Shown here: in pieces, positions 35,591 through 48,726 of the stretch
Layout of the letters: the number at the start of each line of letters is the position of its first letter
Position numbering within the stretch: position 1 is the first letter of the stretch
From: Octopus vulgaris
Lineage: Eukaryota
Assembly (NCBI GenBank): GCA_951406725.2
Contig: OX597815.1
Coordinates: 57,474,001 to 57,538,000, forward strand
DNA length: 64,000 nucleotides
Direction of reading: 5' to 3'
Translations under genes and position numbers: made by a program
Notes under the pieces: model-generated
What the model saw: the letters and a program-made list of their open reading frames with translations, nothing else
Told to the model about the DNA's origin: nothing
Database searches by the model: none

Positions 35591-36049
35591 AATAGTCTTC
35601 AGTAAGACAAGAGTAGAGGGACCTCATAACCCAACACTTTCTCTACTCGTTTACCAATCACTTTATAAAGTGAACAGTAGTGAGAGTGGGGTAGGAGCTT
35701 GTATACAACACAGTAAATGTAAATTTGGAAAGGGAATAACGATAGCAGAAAGCTGTCTTAAACTAAAACGTTCATATTATGGTGTAATTCAGTAGAAAAG
35801 TAAGTTGGCTTACTTCCCTTCGCATATTTTATTAGGAGTTACCTCCCCTTAATTTTTATTTACTCTTTTTGTACACCCATAAAATGAACTATTACCTTCA
35901 ATATCTACTAAATACAGTTCTATATTTGAGAGATGAGGAATTATGAACATTATTTACTTGTGACGGATATTTGTCCTCATCTTGTTTGTTGTTAACACGT
36001 TTCGGCTGATATACTCTCCAGCCTATTATTATTATCACTATTATTATTA

Positions 36050-36920
36050 TTTTTCCTTCTTTCTTCAAATTTTCTTCTGTTTCTCGCTGAGTGTTTTCCG
36101 TACACCTAGGGCAGGGAAGCTCATTGTATGCATTCCCAGATTGCACACGCAAATTCACAGGTAAAACATGTATTTAAAAAATTAATAAATAAATAAATTC
36201 ATGAATGGATGTTGTTTTCACAGTGATAATGCTCTTCTCAGTACATGAGCCGTTCCAGTTAACACGATTTTTTGCACTTCCTGTAGGGATGGTAAGCCTG
36301 GTATCATTTTCAAATAGGTTTCAGTGCCTTTTTTTATCATTCCTAGAGATCCTACAATCACTGGTACTGTAGTTACCTTGAGATGCCACATTTTTTCAAT
36401 TTCTATTAGCAAGTCTTTATATTTACTGATCTTGTCAAATTCTTTCACCGCTATATTATGATCACAAGGAATACTCATGTCAATTAATAAACACATCCTT
36501 TTTGTCTGATCTTTTATAATAATATCCGGTTTATTAGCTTTTATAGTTTTGTCGGTATGTAAGGGGAAGTCCCATAGAATCGACACATTTTCTTCCTCAG
36601 TCACAGCTTCAGGATGGTGTTTATACCATTTGTCAGCGGTTTTGATTTTATAATGCTGACATATTGGCATGTCTTGCTTTATATTCTACAGGTGCTAAGA
36701 CTCTACACCCTGAGATTAGGTGGTCTATAATTTCAATCTCATCATTATAGAATCGACATTTTGGGTCAGCTCCTTTTTTATCACATTGGCTTGGTAGTTC
36801 TGGGTTAATAAGCATTGGTCTTGAGCAACTAATATGAAACCGCTTTTAGCCCTGAGTTTCATAACCATTGGTGCATGTGTTCTTTTAGTCCTGAGCTTCG
36901 TAACCATTGCTGCGTGTGTG
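36050..36920 (-). mobile_element. Dong/R4-like REL LINE 3' fragment in a (TAA)n tract
   Basis: ILVAQDQCL, ILWDF, KPDIII, LIDMSIP, KYKDL and VIVGSLG motifs; (TTA)n tracts on both sides. Confidence 0.8.
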
Positions 36921-36945
36921 TATTATTATTATTATTATTATTATT

Positions 36946-37790
36946 CTCAATTCATTAGTTATTGTTGTCTCTCTCATGTCCTGCGTTAAATATATATATA
37001 TATATAATCCTATGGATCGCCCCAGCCTCAATTCATTAGTTATTGTTGTCTCTCTCATGTCCTGTGTTAAATATATATATAATCCAATGGATCGCCCCAG
37101 CCTCAATTCATTAGTTATTGTTGTCTCTCTCATGTCCTCTGTTAAATATATATATAATCCTATGGATTGCCCCCCTAATTTTATCGATCAGCCTCACGTC
37201 TCGTTAAATATAGAATAAATATTTATAATTTTATAGCTCCTTATTTTATATAAGTTTTTCCTTCCCCGCTCACACATGGCTGCTAGTTTTCGCGGGTGCT
37301 AGTTTTCCTCTTCACATTGTCTTTCTATCTCTTTCGATCGCCTCACTGGCCCTCCACCATCACCCCATATGCATTTTACGCTAGCTCTGGAAATAAACGG
37401 TCTCACTTCTTGATTCAAATTCTTACTGTCAACTTCGGTCGAAAAATGAATTCCAGCTAAGCAATTTTTTAAACTTAATTCAGCCCGTATTCTACCAGAA
37501 ATATTTCTATGCAATTGTTTGATCTTTAGTTCCCCATGTTTTTATCTCTATTTATGTTATGACTTTTTCACTTTTACTCTGTTTATTTCAGCCTCAATTC
37601 ATTAGTTATTGTTGTCTCTCTCATGTCCTGTGTTAAATATATATATAATCCTATGGATCGCCACCCTAATTTTATCGATCAGCCTCACGTCTCGTTAAAT
37701 ATAGAATAAATATTTATAATTTTATAGCTCCTTATTTTATATAAGTTTTTCCTTCCCCGCTCACACATGGCTGCTAGTTTTCGCGGGGTC
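36946..37790. repeat. ~76-bp tandem units (x3) plus a ~200-bp duplication
   Basis: ctcaattcattagttattgttgtctctctcatgtcc at ~36946, 37027, 37102 and 37593; 37100-37295 duplicates 37590-37787. Confidence 0.9.
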
Positions 37791-37989
37791 GCCCCCCCCC
37801 TCCACCGTTACAGGAAGTCCTAAATTTTCTCATCCTTGTTGTCTCCCATGTACACTTCAAAGTCTTACGCCACCCACACCTCCTTCCATAAAAGGTAGTA
37901 GTCATTCATTGCAAGATATGTTAGTGTAGCGTACGCGGTTTGAACTTGAGTTTTATTGTTTGTCTATGAATCCTGCCAAACGCGAGTTT

Positions 37990-40900
37990 TCTTTTCAGGT
38001 TCATGATGCTACTAGGGCCAATACCTCCCACTCCCTCAGGGTTGGCACCCTCAACGTTGGCACACTGAAAGGCAGATCTGGCGAGATCGTTGAATTGCTT
38101 GAACGGAGGTGTGTCGATATATGCTGTATTCAAGAAGTGAGGTGGAGAGGAGGTTCTGCTAGGTTCCTCACAGGTAAAGGACAGAGGTACAAGATTTTCT
38201 GGGCTGGGAATACTGAAGGGGTCGGGGGTGTGGGTATACTTATCGCCGAAAAATGGGTAGATAAGGTAATCAAGGTAGTCAGAGTATGTGACAGAATACT
38301 GAAGATTAGATTAGTGCTCCATCATAGTTTAGCAACTATTATATCAGCCTATGCCCCTCAGCCAGGGCTACCCGATGGACAGAAAGACCGTTTCTATGAC
38401 ACCCTACTGCAGACCACCTCATTGACGAACGACAGGGATCTTCTCTTTGTGGCTGGTGACTTCAATGAGCATATTGGACGATATGCTGGGGGCTTCCATG
38501 GCGTACATGGAGGCTACAGTTATGGTTTCTGCAACGAGGAGGGAACCAGGCTGCTGGAGTTCTGTGATGCAAATAGTCTTATGGTTTGCAACACTAACTT
38601 CAGGAAACCGACAAGCCACCTGGTCACCTACCGATCGAGCTGGCATACTAGCCAAATCGACTACATCCTTGCCAGAAAAAGGGAAAGATGGCTGCTTATA
38701 AATGTCAAAACCTTACCAGGCGAAGAATGTACTCCACAAGTAGTTAGTGGGGTAGACTGGTAGTTAGTGACTTTAGGATCAGGACTAAGGGGACGACTAG
38801 AAGATGACCAACATGGAGAAGAAGGGTCTGGAAGCTTAAAGACCCTGCAAATGGACAGAGATTTAGAGACATGTTACTTGAAGCCTTCAACAAAATAGAA
38901 GGGAGTATAGCTACACATAGGGTAGAAGATAACTGGACGCTTCTAAGGGACAACCTGCTGAAAGCCACTGACCAGATCTGTGGCTGGTGCAAAGTCCCCT
39001 CAAGACCCAAAATAACGTGGTGGTGGAACAATATTGTTGACAGGGCTATTAGACAAAAGAAACAGGCTTGGAAGGACTGGAAGAACGGTGGTAGCAGGGA
39101 AGTGTATCAGACTGCCAGAAGGGAAGCTAGGATGCAGGTGTATTTAGCCAGAGGGGAAGCAGATAAGAAAAAATTAGCCAATGTTCTGCGCCGTGAGGAT
39201 GAAAGACTTGAGGTATTTCGTATTGCAAGACAGTGTGTGAGAGAGAATCGTGACGTGGTAGGAGAGAAATGTGTTCACAAGGGTGACAGCTCACTTGCGC
39301 TAAATGAGGATGCAAAGAGAGAGGTTTGGAGACACCACTATGAATGGTTGCTGAATGAGGAAAATGAATGGGATAAAGAGAGTCTGCCGAATGTTGACCC
39401 AACAGAGGGACCAGCAATCCGAGTTGACAGTTCCTTAGTAGTTAAGGCAATTACAAGCATGAAAACAGGGAAAGCCCCTGGTCCATCAGGAATCACTGCA
39501 GAGATGCTCAAAATATCTGATAGTGTCGGCTATAGCCTAGTCACCCGTAGAGTTAACCAGGTGATACACGAAGGAGTCATACCCAATGACTGGAGTAGCA
39601 GCATAATAGTCAACTGCTACAAAGGTAAAGGTGACACTCTAGATACAAATAACTACAGGGGTATCAAGCTGCTGGATCAGGTAATGAAGGTCACGGAGAG
39701 GGTTATAGCCCAACTAATTAGAGAGAGAGTTAGCTTAGATGAGATGCAGTTTGGTTTCGTGCCAGGGGAAAGTACTACTGATGCTATATTCCTGGTAAGA
39801 CAGCTGCAGGAGAAATACCTAGCCAAAGACAAGCCCCAGTACCTGGCTTTTGTTGATGTGGAGAAAGCCTTCGACAGGGTCCCCCGATCCCTTATCTGGT
39901 GGTCAATGAGGAAACTAGGGATAGATGAATGGTTAGTGAGAGCTGTGCGAACCATGTACAGAGACGCTGCTAGTAAGGTGAGGGTTGGCAACGAGTACAG
40001 TGAAGAATTCAGGGTAGAGGTTGGGGTCCACCAAGGCTCAGTCCTCAGTCCCCTCCTATTTATCATAGTCCTCCAGGCAATAACGGAGGAATTCAAGACA
40101 GGATGCCCCTGGGAGCTCCTCTATGCTGATGACCTTGCTCTAATTGCTGAGTCTCTATCAGAACTAGAGGAGAAGTTTCAGGTATGGAAGCAAGGTTCAG
40201 AATCGAAGGGCCTTAGAATCAACCTAGCCAAAACCAAAGTCCTAATAAGTAGGAAGGTAGACCAATCACAAACGCCTTCAGGTAGATGGCCCTGCTCGAT
40301 CTGTAGAAAAGGCGTAGGTAGAAACTCTATAAGATGCACCAAATGTAAGCTATGGACACATAAGAGATGTAGTAATGTCAAAGGAAGACTAACTAGGAAA
40401 ATAGTTTTTATCTGTAGCAGATGCTCAGGAGCAATAAACTCTGAAAATATGCAGAGACCAACTTCTACCACGTTCCAGGGAGAAAAACTAGAAGTAGTTG
40501 ATAGCTTCCGCTACCTAGGTGACCAAGTCAGTAGCAGGTGTGCTGAAAGTGTAACTGCTAGAGTAAGAATAGCCTGGGCAAAGTTTAGGGAGCTCTTACC
40601 CCTGCTGGCGACAAAAGGTCTCTCGCTCAAAGTAAAAGGCAGACTGTATGATGCATGTGTACGTACAGCCATGCTACATGGTAGTGAAACTTGGGCTGTG
40701 ACTGCTGAGGATTTGCATAAGCTCCGCAAGAAATGAAGCCAGTATGCTCCGATGGATGTGTAACGTCAGTGTTCATAATCGACAGAGTGTAAGTACCTTG
40801 AGAGAAAAGTTGAACCTAAGAAGCATCAGTTGTTGTGTGCAAGAGAGACGTTTGCGCTGGTATGGTCATGTGATGAGAATGGCTGAAGATAGTTGTGTGC

Positions 40901-41535
40901 GAAAGTGCCACACCCTGGCAGTTGAGGGGACCTGTGGAAGAGGTAGACCCAGGAAAACCTGGGTCGAGGTGGTGAAGCACGACCTTCGAACTTTAGGTCT
41001 CACCAAGGAAATGACCAGAGACCGAGACCTTTGGAAGTATGCTGTGCATGAGAAAACCCGGCAAGACCAGTGAGAACAGTCAAAATCAAAATCAAACCAA
41101 ATCAATTCATATATCAGAAAGTAGAACCAAATTGAGGTTGATCAACATCAGTGGGAATTGCAGCTGTGGTTAAGCGAATCATCCGATCGTGGTCGTTGCC
41201 GGCGCCGCCCCGTCTAGCCTCCGTGTCGGTGGCATGTAAAAGCACCATCCGTTCGTGTCCGTTGCCAGCCTCGCCTGGCCCCCGTGCCAGTGACACGTAA
41301 AAGCACCATCCGTTCGTGGCCGTTTGCCAGCTCTGTCTGGCACCTGTGCGGGTGGCACATAAAAAGCACTCACTACACTCACGGAGTGGTTGGCGTTAGG
41401 AAGGGCATCCAGCCGTAGAAACACTGCCAGATCTGACTGGGCCTGATGAAGCCTTCCAGCTTCACAGACCCCAGTTGAACCATCCAACCCATGCTAGCAT
41501 GGAAAACGGACGCTAAATGATGATGATGATGATGA
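37990..41535 (+). mobile_element. RTE LINE copy 3, near-complete coding region with frameshifts
   Basis: APE 37960-38763, RT 38871-40736, C-terminus 40744-41073, hairpin array and (GAT)n tail. Disruptions near 38740-38810 and 40725. Confidence 0.95.
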
Positions 41536-41563
41536 TATATATATATATACACACATATATATT

Positions 41564-41603
<40 letters not shown>

Positions 41604-42190
41604 AGGTTTGGAGATGATGTACAGGTATTTTATATTAGAAGAAATGAGGTACTCAGAAAATCGGAAGGTTTTATATTTACAGATATTTATTTGTATATTA
41701 CGTGTTTTTATACATCATATAACTTAGATCATGTATTAGCGCTTTCTCCCATTCTAGTGGGGTTTTCAAATCAAACTAAGTTCCTGTGTGAAAAGTTTTG
41801 ACCATTTTATAGTGGTATTGAGTTTGTAGTGGTGGGGAGGAATGTAAGACAGTACAAGAGGGTGATGGATGAGGAGAAAGTGAGAGAGAGAGAGAGTATG
41901 TGTGTGTGTGCTTTTGTATTTGGAACCAGTGCTAAAGAAAAAGAGGGGAAGGGAGAAGGAAGAAGAACTAAAGATTTTTTTTGCTCTGCTGGACAGCATG
42001 CTTACTCCAAGTGGGGTCTAAGATCTTGGGGAAAAAGAATTTCAGTTTTGACCATTTCATAGTGTTATTGAGTGTGTGGTGGCGGGGAGGTAGACCATAA
42101 ATTATATCACTTTTTATCATTGTGAGAGAGTGTGTGTGTTTAATGAGGGATGGTCAAATGGTTTTTTGAGTTTAGAGAAGAAGAATTCTT

Positions 42191-42590
42191 GGAACTTTTC
42201 CTTTTGAACGGCACATGTCAACACAATTTCTAGTTAACTAAACACTTTAAAACTTTGTATACTGGTAGAATGTGTCAAAATAAAACATTTTTTTCTCTTG
42301 GCTTTCTTGAGAAAATTGTAATTTGTTTGTTTAACATAGTTTAATTTTTCGAATTTTAACCAATGAATCACCTCTAGTGAGCTAAAATCATTTGCTGCAT
42401 CTAAAACTGAGACAACATCCTGTCACTAACCCTAACCCTAACCCTCACCCTCACCCTAACTCTAACCTTTTTTTTTCTTAATTGTTACGTGTGTAAAAAA
42501 AAAATGAAAGGCAATGGAAAATAATTTAAACAATTAACAAAATAATTCTATAATTTTATACACACGCTTTCTGTACGTATATAGAAAAAT
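42191..42590 (+). mobile_element. Left half of the Merlin-like foldback MITE
   Basis: Matches 25972-26350 including TIR and CCCTAA repeats; stops at the palindrome centre. Confidence 0.85.
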
Positions 42591-43042
42591 ATTTCATAAC
42601 TAAGTTCTCCCCCAAATTGAATGGCTGAAAATATCTCTATAATAAGCTGTACCAGATGAAGGACCAAATTTGCTAAGTAAACTGTATTAAATATACACAC
42701 ACACACAGTTTTCTACACATATGTTTTGGTTTTTGAAAATACAACATTGAACAAATATTTGAATGAAACCATTTCACTTTAATTTGTGGAACCAGTTGCT
42801 CCTGTATGATAAAACTTATTATTTATTTAATCAGTGAGATATTAGACTAAATCAATTGAAGATCAGACAACAGACTCAGTAGTTGTCAGTTTGTATTCTG
42901 TCATTTGTAACTTCAACACAAGAGAGTCTCTTTTTCAAGTATGGACTTTATGAAATTTTACTCATCATACATTGAAGGACAAACCGTTCAATTTACAATT
43001 TAGTATAGTGGAGCATTTAGTATATATATATATATATATATA

Positions 43043-43663
43043 TTAATAAATGCCAAAACCTTCCCAGGCGAAGAATGTACCCCGCAACATAGACTGGTAG
43101 TTAGTGACTTCAGGATCAGGACTAAGAGGATAACCAGAAGACGACCAACATGGAGAAGAAGGATCCGGAAGCTTAAAGATCCTGCGAATGGACAGAGATT
43201 TAGGGACATGTTACTTGAAGCCTTTGACGAAGTAGAAGGGGATAGAGTATCACATGGGGTAGAAGGCAACTGGACGTTTCTAAGGGACAACCTGCTGAGA
43301 GCCACTGGCCAGATCTGTGGCTGGTGCTAAGTCCCCTCTCGTCCCAAGGTAACGTGGTGGTGGAACAATGTTGTAGACAGGGCTATTAGAGAAAAGAGAC
43401 AGGCTTGGAAGGACTGGAAGAATGGTGGTAGCAGGGAATTGTATCAGACTGCCAAAAGGGAAGCTAGGATGCAGGTGTATTTAGCCAGAGGGGAAGCAGA
43501 TAAGAAAAAATTAGCCAATGTTCTGCGCCGTGAGGATGAAAGACTTGAGGTATTTCGTATTGCAAGACAGTGTGTGAGAGAGAATCGTGATGTGGTAGGA
43601 GAGAAATGTGTTCGCATGGAAGATGGTTCACTTGCGCTAAATGAGGATGCAAAGAGAGAGGTT
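43043..43663 (+). mobile_element. RTE internal fragment (copy 4)
   Basis: Homologous to 38695-39325; truncated at both ends. Confidence 0.9.
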
Positions 43664-43706
43664 TAATTATTCATTTTGAATTGATAAAAGGTGGGTTTTT
43701 TTCTAG

Positions 43707-43749
<43 letters not shown>

Positions 43750-45414
43750 CACTACCGTCAGAAATTAATTAGCACCCTTGATTTGCTCTTCACTCAAGGT
43801 ATTTGCTGTCACCTAGTGGCCATATCTCGAACTATTGCTTTGTTGCGAGTTCACTGTTGCGCAGAACGATGACGTAACTTTGTTTGCAGAGCGGTTTGAG
43901 AGTCTACAGCCTAATGATGTTGACATAGCAGTGCAACAACAACTAGGAGTGCGGATGCAGACAAATCTTCCTTTGTTTAATAGATATAGGTAGCGCCTCG
44001 CAAGGACCGAAATCACACCGTACTAAGTTTTCTCATCGCGTAAGACGTTTTGAACAGCTCGTAGGTTAATTGATTTGTGTATTTGCAAGATTTTTTTTCC
44101 TCACAAATTCTCCTACACTCTGCTTGGTGACATCACTTCCGGTTCACAAAACTTTCTGTTATACATCAATTAAGGTGAGAAATTCTGCTTTCTTTCTTTC
44201 TTGTTTAATGAATAATAACTCATAGCAGTTTTGTTATAGCATAACATTATTCAAATGAATAGTTTTAATGAAAATAACTGGTTTTTATCATTCATTCCTA
44301 GATGGGCCCAAGACCTCGCATGACCTTGGAGAGACGGTACGAGGCTCTCTCGTGGCGTGGGAAGCTGTTGGAGGTTGCAATAGCCAGAAAACTTGGCGTA
44401 GCCAGGCGCACAATTCAGTGCTTATTTAAGAAATACGAGGAAACCGGATCAGCAGCTGACAAAAAGGGTAGGGGACGGAGGAGGCTGACGACCCAGCAGG
44501 AAGACCGGATGCTGATCCGAAAGTCACTGTACAACCGAAGGGCAACGAGCCAGCAACTGGCGGAGGAGATGCAAAAGATGACAGGGAAGCAGTTGTCTAC
44601 AACCACCGTCAAGACCAGATTACTGGAAGCTGGTCTAAAATCCTGTAGGGCCGCCCGTAAGCTCTGGACAAGACATGGACCGTGCAGCAGTGGCGGACAG
44701 TAATGTTCACTGACGAGTCGCGATTCAGTCTCGTCAGTGACAAGCCTGTCCATGTGCGATGCTGCAGGGGTGAGCGCTTCAACAAAGACTGCATTGCTTC
44801 CACCATGAAGCATGGTGGGGTGGTCTGATGGTGTGAGGGGCGTTCAGCTACAGTGGTGTTGGGCGGCTCTATGCCGTCGAAGGCAACATCAACGCAGCAA
44901 AGTACGTTGAAATAGTACGGGATACCTCTTTGGTGGCAAGGAGTACGTGCTCCAGCAGGACAACGCACCTTCCCACACAGCCAAGCTCACAACCAGTTTC
45001 TTCAAGGACCATGGGGTGACGGTTATGGACTGGCCTGGCCAGTCACCTGACCTGAACCCTATTGAGAACCTCTGGAGTCGATTGGGTAGGGATTTGAATG
45101 TGCAGCAATACAGGAACCGACGCGAGCTGTTTGGGGCACTTCTTGCTGCATGGGGGGGCCATCCCTGCACAGTACCTGCAGGTACTCATAGACAGCATGC
45201 CGACCCGCGTAGCAGCTGTCATTGCTGCCAAAGGAGGAGCAACAAGATATTGACTAAATTTCATGATTAATAACAATTATGTGGTGTGCTGGGATATGTT
45301 TTAATAAATTTTTGATTAAAAATGAGTTTGTTTCTGATAATAAGTTAATTAAATTAAGAAAATGTAAGAAAATGTAGAAATTTGAGAAGTGCTAATTAAT
45401 TTCCGACGCAAGTG
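43750..45414 (+). mobile_element. Tc1-family DNA transposon with both TIRs
   Basis: TA|CACTACCGTCAGAAATTAATTAGCAC...GTGCTAATTAATTTCCGACGCAAGTG|TA. Confidence 0.92.
44302..45253 (+). pseudogene. Tc1 transposase, frameshifted
   Basis: HTH IARKLGVARRTI, GRGRRR linker, and FTDESRF, QQDNAPSH, WPGQSPDLNPIENLW catalytic motifs spread over different frames. Confidence 0.92.
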
Positions 45415-45579
45415 TATATATATATAGTGGTATAAATATCAACACAATTATTTCTCCTTCCTTTTTTTTTTTCCTCTTCTCCTTTCTTACCTTCTCCAAA
45501 CTCACAGACACCCCCACACACACACCTCCACAAAACGATAGTAAAAAGAATTCTTCTGCTCTAAACTAAAAAAAAACCA

Positions 45580-46280
45580 TTTGACCAGTGTCATGTAAAT
45601 GGCACCTATTCCAGTGGCCATAAAAAGTACCCATTACACTCTTGGAGTGGTTGGCATTAGGAGGGGCATTCAGTCGTAGAAACCATGCCAAATCAGACTG
45701 GAACCTGGTGCAGAACCTCTAGCTTACCAGTTCTAGTCAAACCATCTAACTCATGCCAGCATGGAAAGCAGACATCAAATGATGATGATGATGGTGATGA
45801 TGATGAGACCCTGACAGAACAGATCTAGTTATTAAGAGGTGACTCCATACTCTCCAAAGCTCCAGAACTCCTGAACTGGAGTCTCACCACAGAATGCAGC
45901 TTAATGTCATACCCAAGACACCATCAGCCCCTCTATAACAAAATGCTTGTGCTTATCCCTCTATCATAATTTAGCCTTTCAACACCTGGTGTACAGCCAT
46001 TAATCTTTGCCTTCTCCTCCCAAGTACTTGTTTATTGTGGGACCTTTTTTTCTCTTATGTCTTGCAAGGAACACAACACTTTATTAGTACTGGTGGCATG
46101 AAAAAACACCCAGTACATCCTGTAAAGTGGTTGACGTTAGGAAGGGTATGCAACTGTAGAAACCATACCAAAGATAACACTAGAGCTTGATGCAGTCCTA
46201 CAGCACACCAGTTCCCTGTCAAACTGTCCTGCCCATGCTAGCATGGAAAGTAGATGTTGGTAGTGATGACAATGATGATG
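45580..46280 (+). mobile_element. Two degenerate RTE-type 3' tails (~45580-45805 and ~46085-46280)
   Basis: gtggttg(g/a)c.ttagga.ggg...catgc(c/t)agcatggaaag...(tga)n. Confidence 0.7.
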
Positions 46281-46299
46281 TGATCCATAACAGCATTAG

Positions 46300-46850
46300 C
46301 TGTGTGTCCAAAGTCTTGAAATAAACTTGGATGTGCTGGTGCATTTGTAGACTCACTACACAAGGGTATTTGGTACTACCAATATCTGAGCAGGAGGACA
46401 AAGTTTTGGGTCTTCAGGTCTCTGGTCCCCCCTCTCTTGCTTTTTAGTTGCAAAACCTGGAAACTGTCTGGAGCCCTTAGGAGCTGCCTGAACTCCTTTG
46501 GTTCCAGGCTGCTTAACAAGAGTATGGATTACCATTGGTTAGATTTTCTGTTCAACCAACAACTATATTCAGAAACTGGGATGTATCCTATTACATGTAT
46601 GATTAAGGATCATCAGCTTAGACTGTTTGGTCATATTTTCAACTTTCTGAGTTGACATCCTGTGCACCTTGTTCCCTTCTCTGAAGATCTGACTGGTCAG
46701 CCATATGCCACAATGGCCACTGTGGATGCAGAGGTATAGGGACTAACTGGGAAACTGCATGGAGCATAGTCCAGGGCAACACAAGCAAATACCAACTAAT
46801 GATGGATACAGCAACACCCTGCAACAGTGCATTTCCCCATACCTGACTTG
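46300..46850 (+). mobile_element. Highly decayed RTE-like 3' coding fragment
   Basis: HQLRLFGH motif typical of the RTE C-terminus. Confidence 0.4.
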
Positions 46851-48045
46851 ATTTTAAAATAGGAAATTTGTATAATAAAAATGAGAGGTGGCCTCAGGTG
46901 CATTGGTATCAAAAAGATTCAATAGCTTTCAGAGACTATAATGTAACAAAAATAAATAAAAATAACTGCAATAAAATAATTATAGCAGATCATTATGATT
47001 ATTGTTTAGAATCATTTTTATTATGGATTGAATGGTAGTTACCATTTGTATAATAATATTATTACTTGTGACCATCTTTTGTCATATAAATGGCTCAGCA
47101 TCCTCAATATTTCTTCTTCAGGCTTCTACTGGCAGCATACTACATATTTTCATCTCATTATCTATTTGTACATCATATGTACATATCAACATAGTGGCTT
47201 TAAACACATTAACTACATTCATTTACCAAGTGTGGACTCCATGTTTCATGTAGATGAACATTGGACATCCAATGTCTCCATTTTTAGCACCTTTCTTTCT
47301 CATCTTTTTGCAGATATCACCCATTTTGGTCCTATATACTACTACCATGCAGCATCACATTAATTATACATTCTTCATACCATCCACTTTTTCTTGAGAC
47401 ATCTCCTTTTTGACAAGTAACTACCTCCTAAACATCCACTTCTTTCTTACTTGAGTTATTGATATTTCCACTCCATCAATCTCTGCTAATTGGTATTAAT
47501 TATGGAGTCAATACAACAATTTCTCTACTACCTTCTACTTTCTCCCTCTAAACATTATCTCTTGAAGTTTGAAAATAAATAAAGTTGTTCTTAAAAAAAT
47601 TTCAGAACAAAAAGTGATTTGAGTTTAATTCTTTAGTATTTATACAGGCCCAAATATTCTACCTGCTTTATGTCCAAGCTTGTCAAATATGGCCTCTCAC
47701 ATTAATCCTACAATATCATTCTAAAAATTAATAGTTACTTCATCAAAATCTCAAAGCAACAAGATAATACAAAAATTAATTCAAAACATGTGAATAAATA
47801 TTACTTTTGACAATAATGTGAACACTAAAGGGTTAATTAAAATGTGCATTTTCCTTGTAAGCAGGAGAATGTATTTGTGTGCATTGTATGTGTTTTCATG
47901 TATGTAATTATGTAATGTATTTGAGTGCATGTGTGTATGTATGTAAGCTCCTGAAAGTAATTTTGTTAAAAGATTTCCTGCACTGTAGTGTATAATATTG
48001 AAAGCATGGAAATTTTACACTCTTTTATCTTTGTCTAATATAGGA

Positions 48046-48726
48046 ATGGAACTGCTCTTTATCAGAGAAGCCATGTATATGGTTCTTACTATCATCTTAG
48101 GGCTGGTCATTGCACGCGTGTACCGAAGGCGGCGATATAAACACTACGAAGTGCGAGTGCGTGATGTAAGCAAAGGTCATCGTTGGATGATGGTCAGCAT
48201 CTTCCTCAAACCAACGTACTGTGTCATAAGCCAGAACAGAATTAGTGATGGTGCACAATGTCATTCCTGCAGTATTTGTGTTGATGCTGCCAACATGAAG
48301 GTAGCCAATCAAAAAATTCCTTGCAAGCCCCTCTCAGTGAAAAGCATGTTCACACATCATCAATGGGGGCATGGCAACTTGCCCTTGTATAGTATCTGTT
48401 ATATTTGCAATGAGCCTTGCAATAACCAGCTGCAACTTTGTGATTACATCTGCTCTTGGTGCCAACGCTGTGTCCATACTGAATGTTTCACACACTGTAA
48501 AAAAGAATGTGATCTTGGTCCTTACAAAACAGTGATTGTACCTCCACATTGTGTCACCCTTAAGTGGGTTGGTTTGAAAGGCAGGCAGCACCTTATTGTG
48601 GACTCAGTGAAGAGACCAAATATAGTGAACTGGAGCCCACTTATTGTCATTGCCAACCGAAAGAGTGGTAACAATGATGGGGAAAGCATCTTACAAGCAT
48701 TTCGTTCCTATCTGAATCCTGCACAG
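48046..48726 (+). CDS. DGKE: Diacylglycerol kinase epsilon-like, first coding exon (N-terminal hydrophobic helix, two C1 domains, start of catalytic domain)
   Basis: AG acceptor at 48042-48043, ATG at 48046, hydrophobic VLTIILGLVIA, HRW/HQW C1 Cys-His patterns, WSPLIVIANRKSG...LNPAQ, donor CAG|GTAAGA. Confidence 0.9.

Noticed and set aside
42425-42470. Interstitial telomere or chromosome fusion site
   Set aside because: The short degenerate CCCTAA run is an internal part of the MITE also present at 25972-26728.
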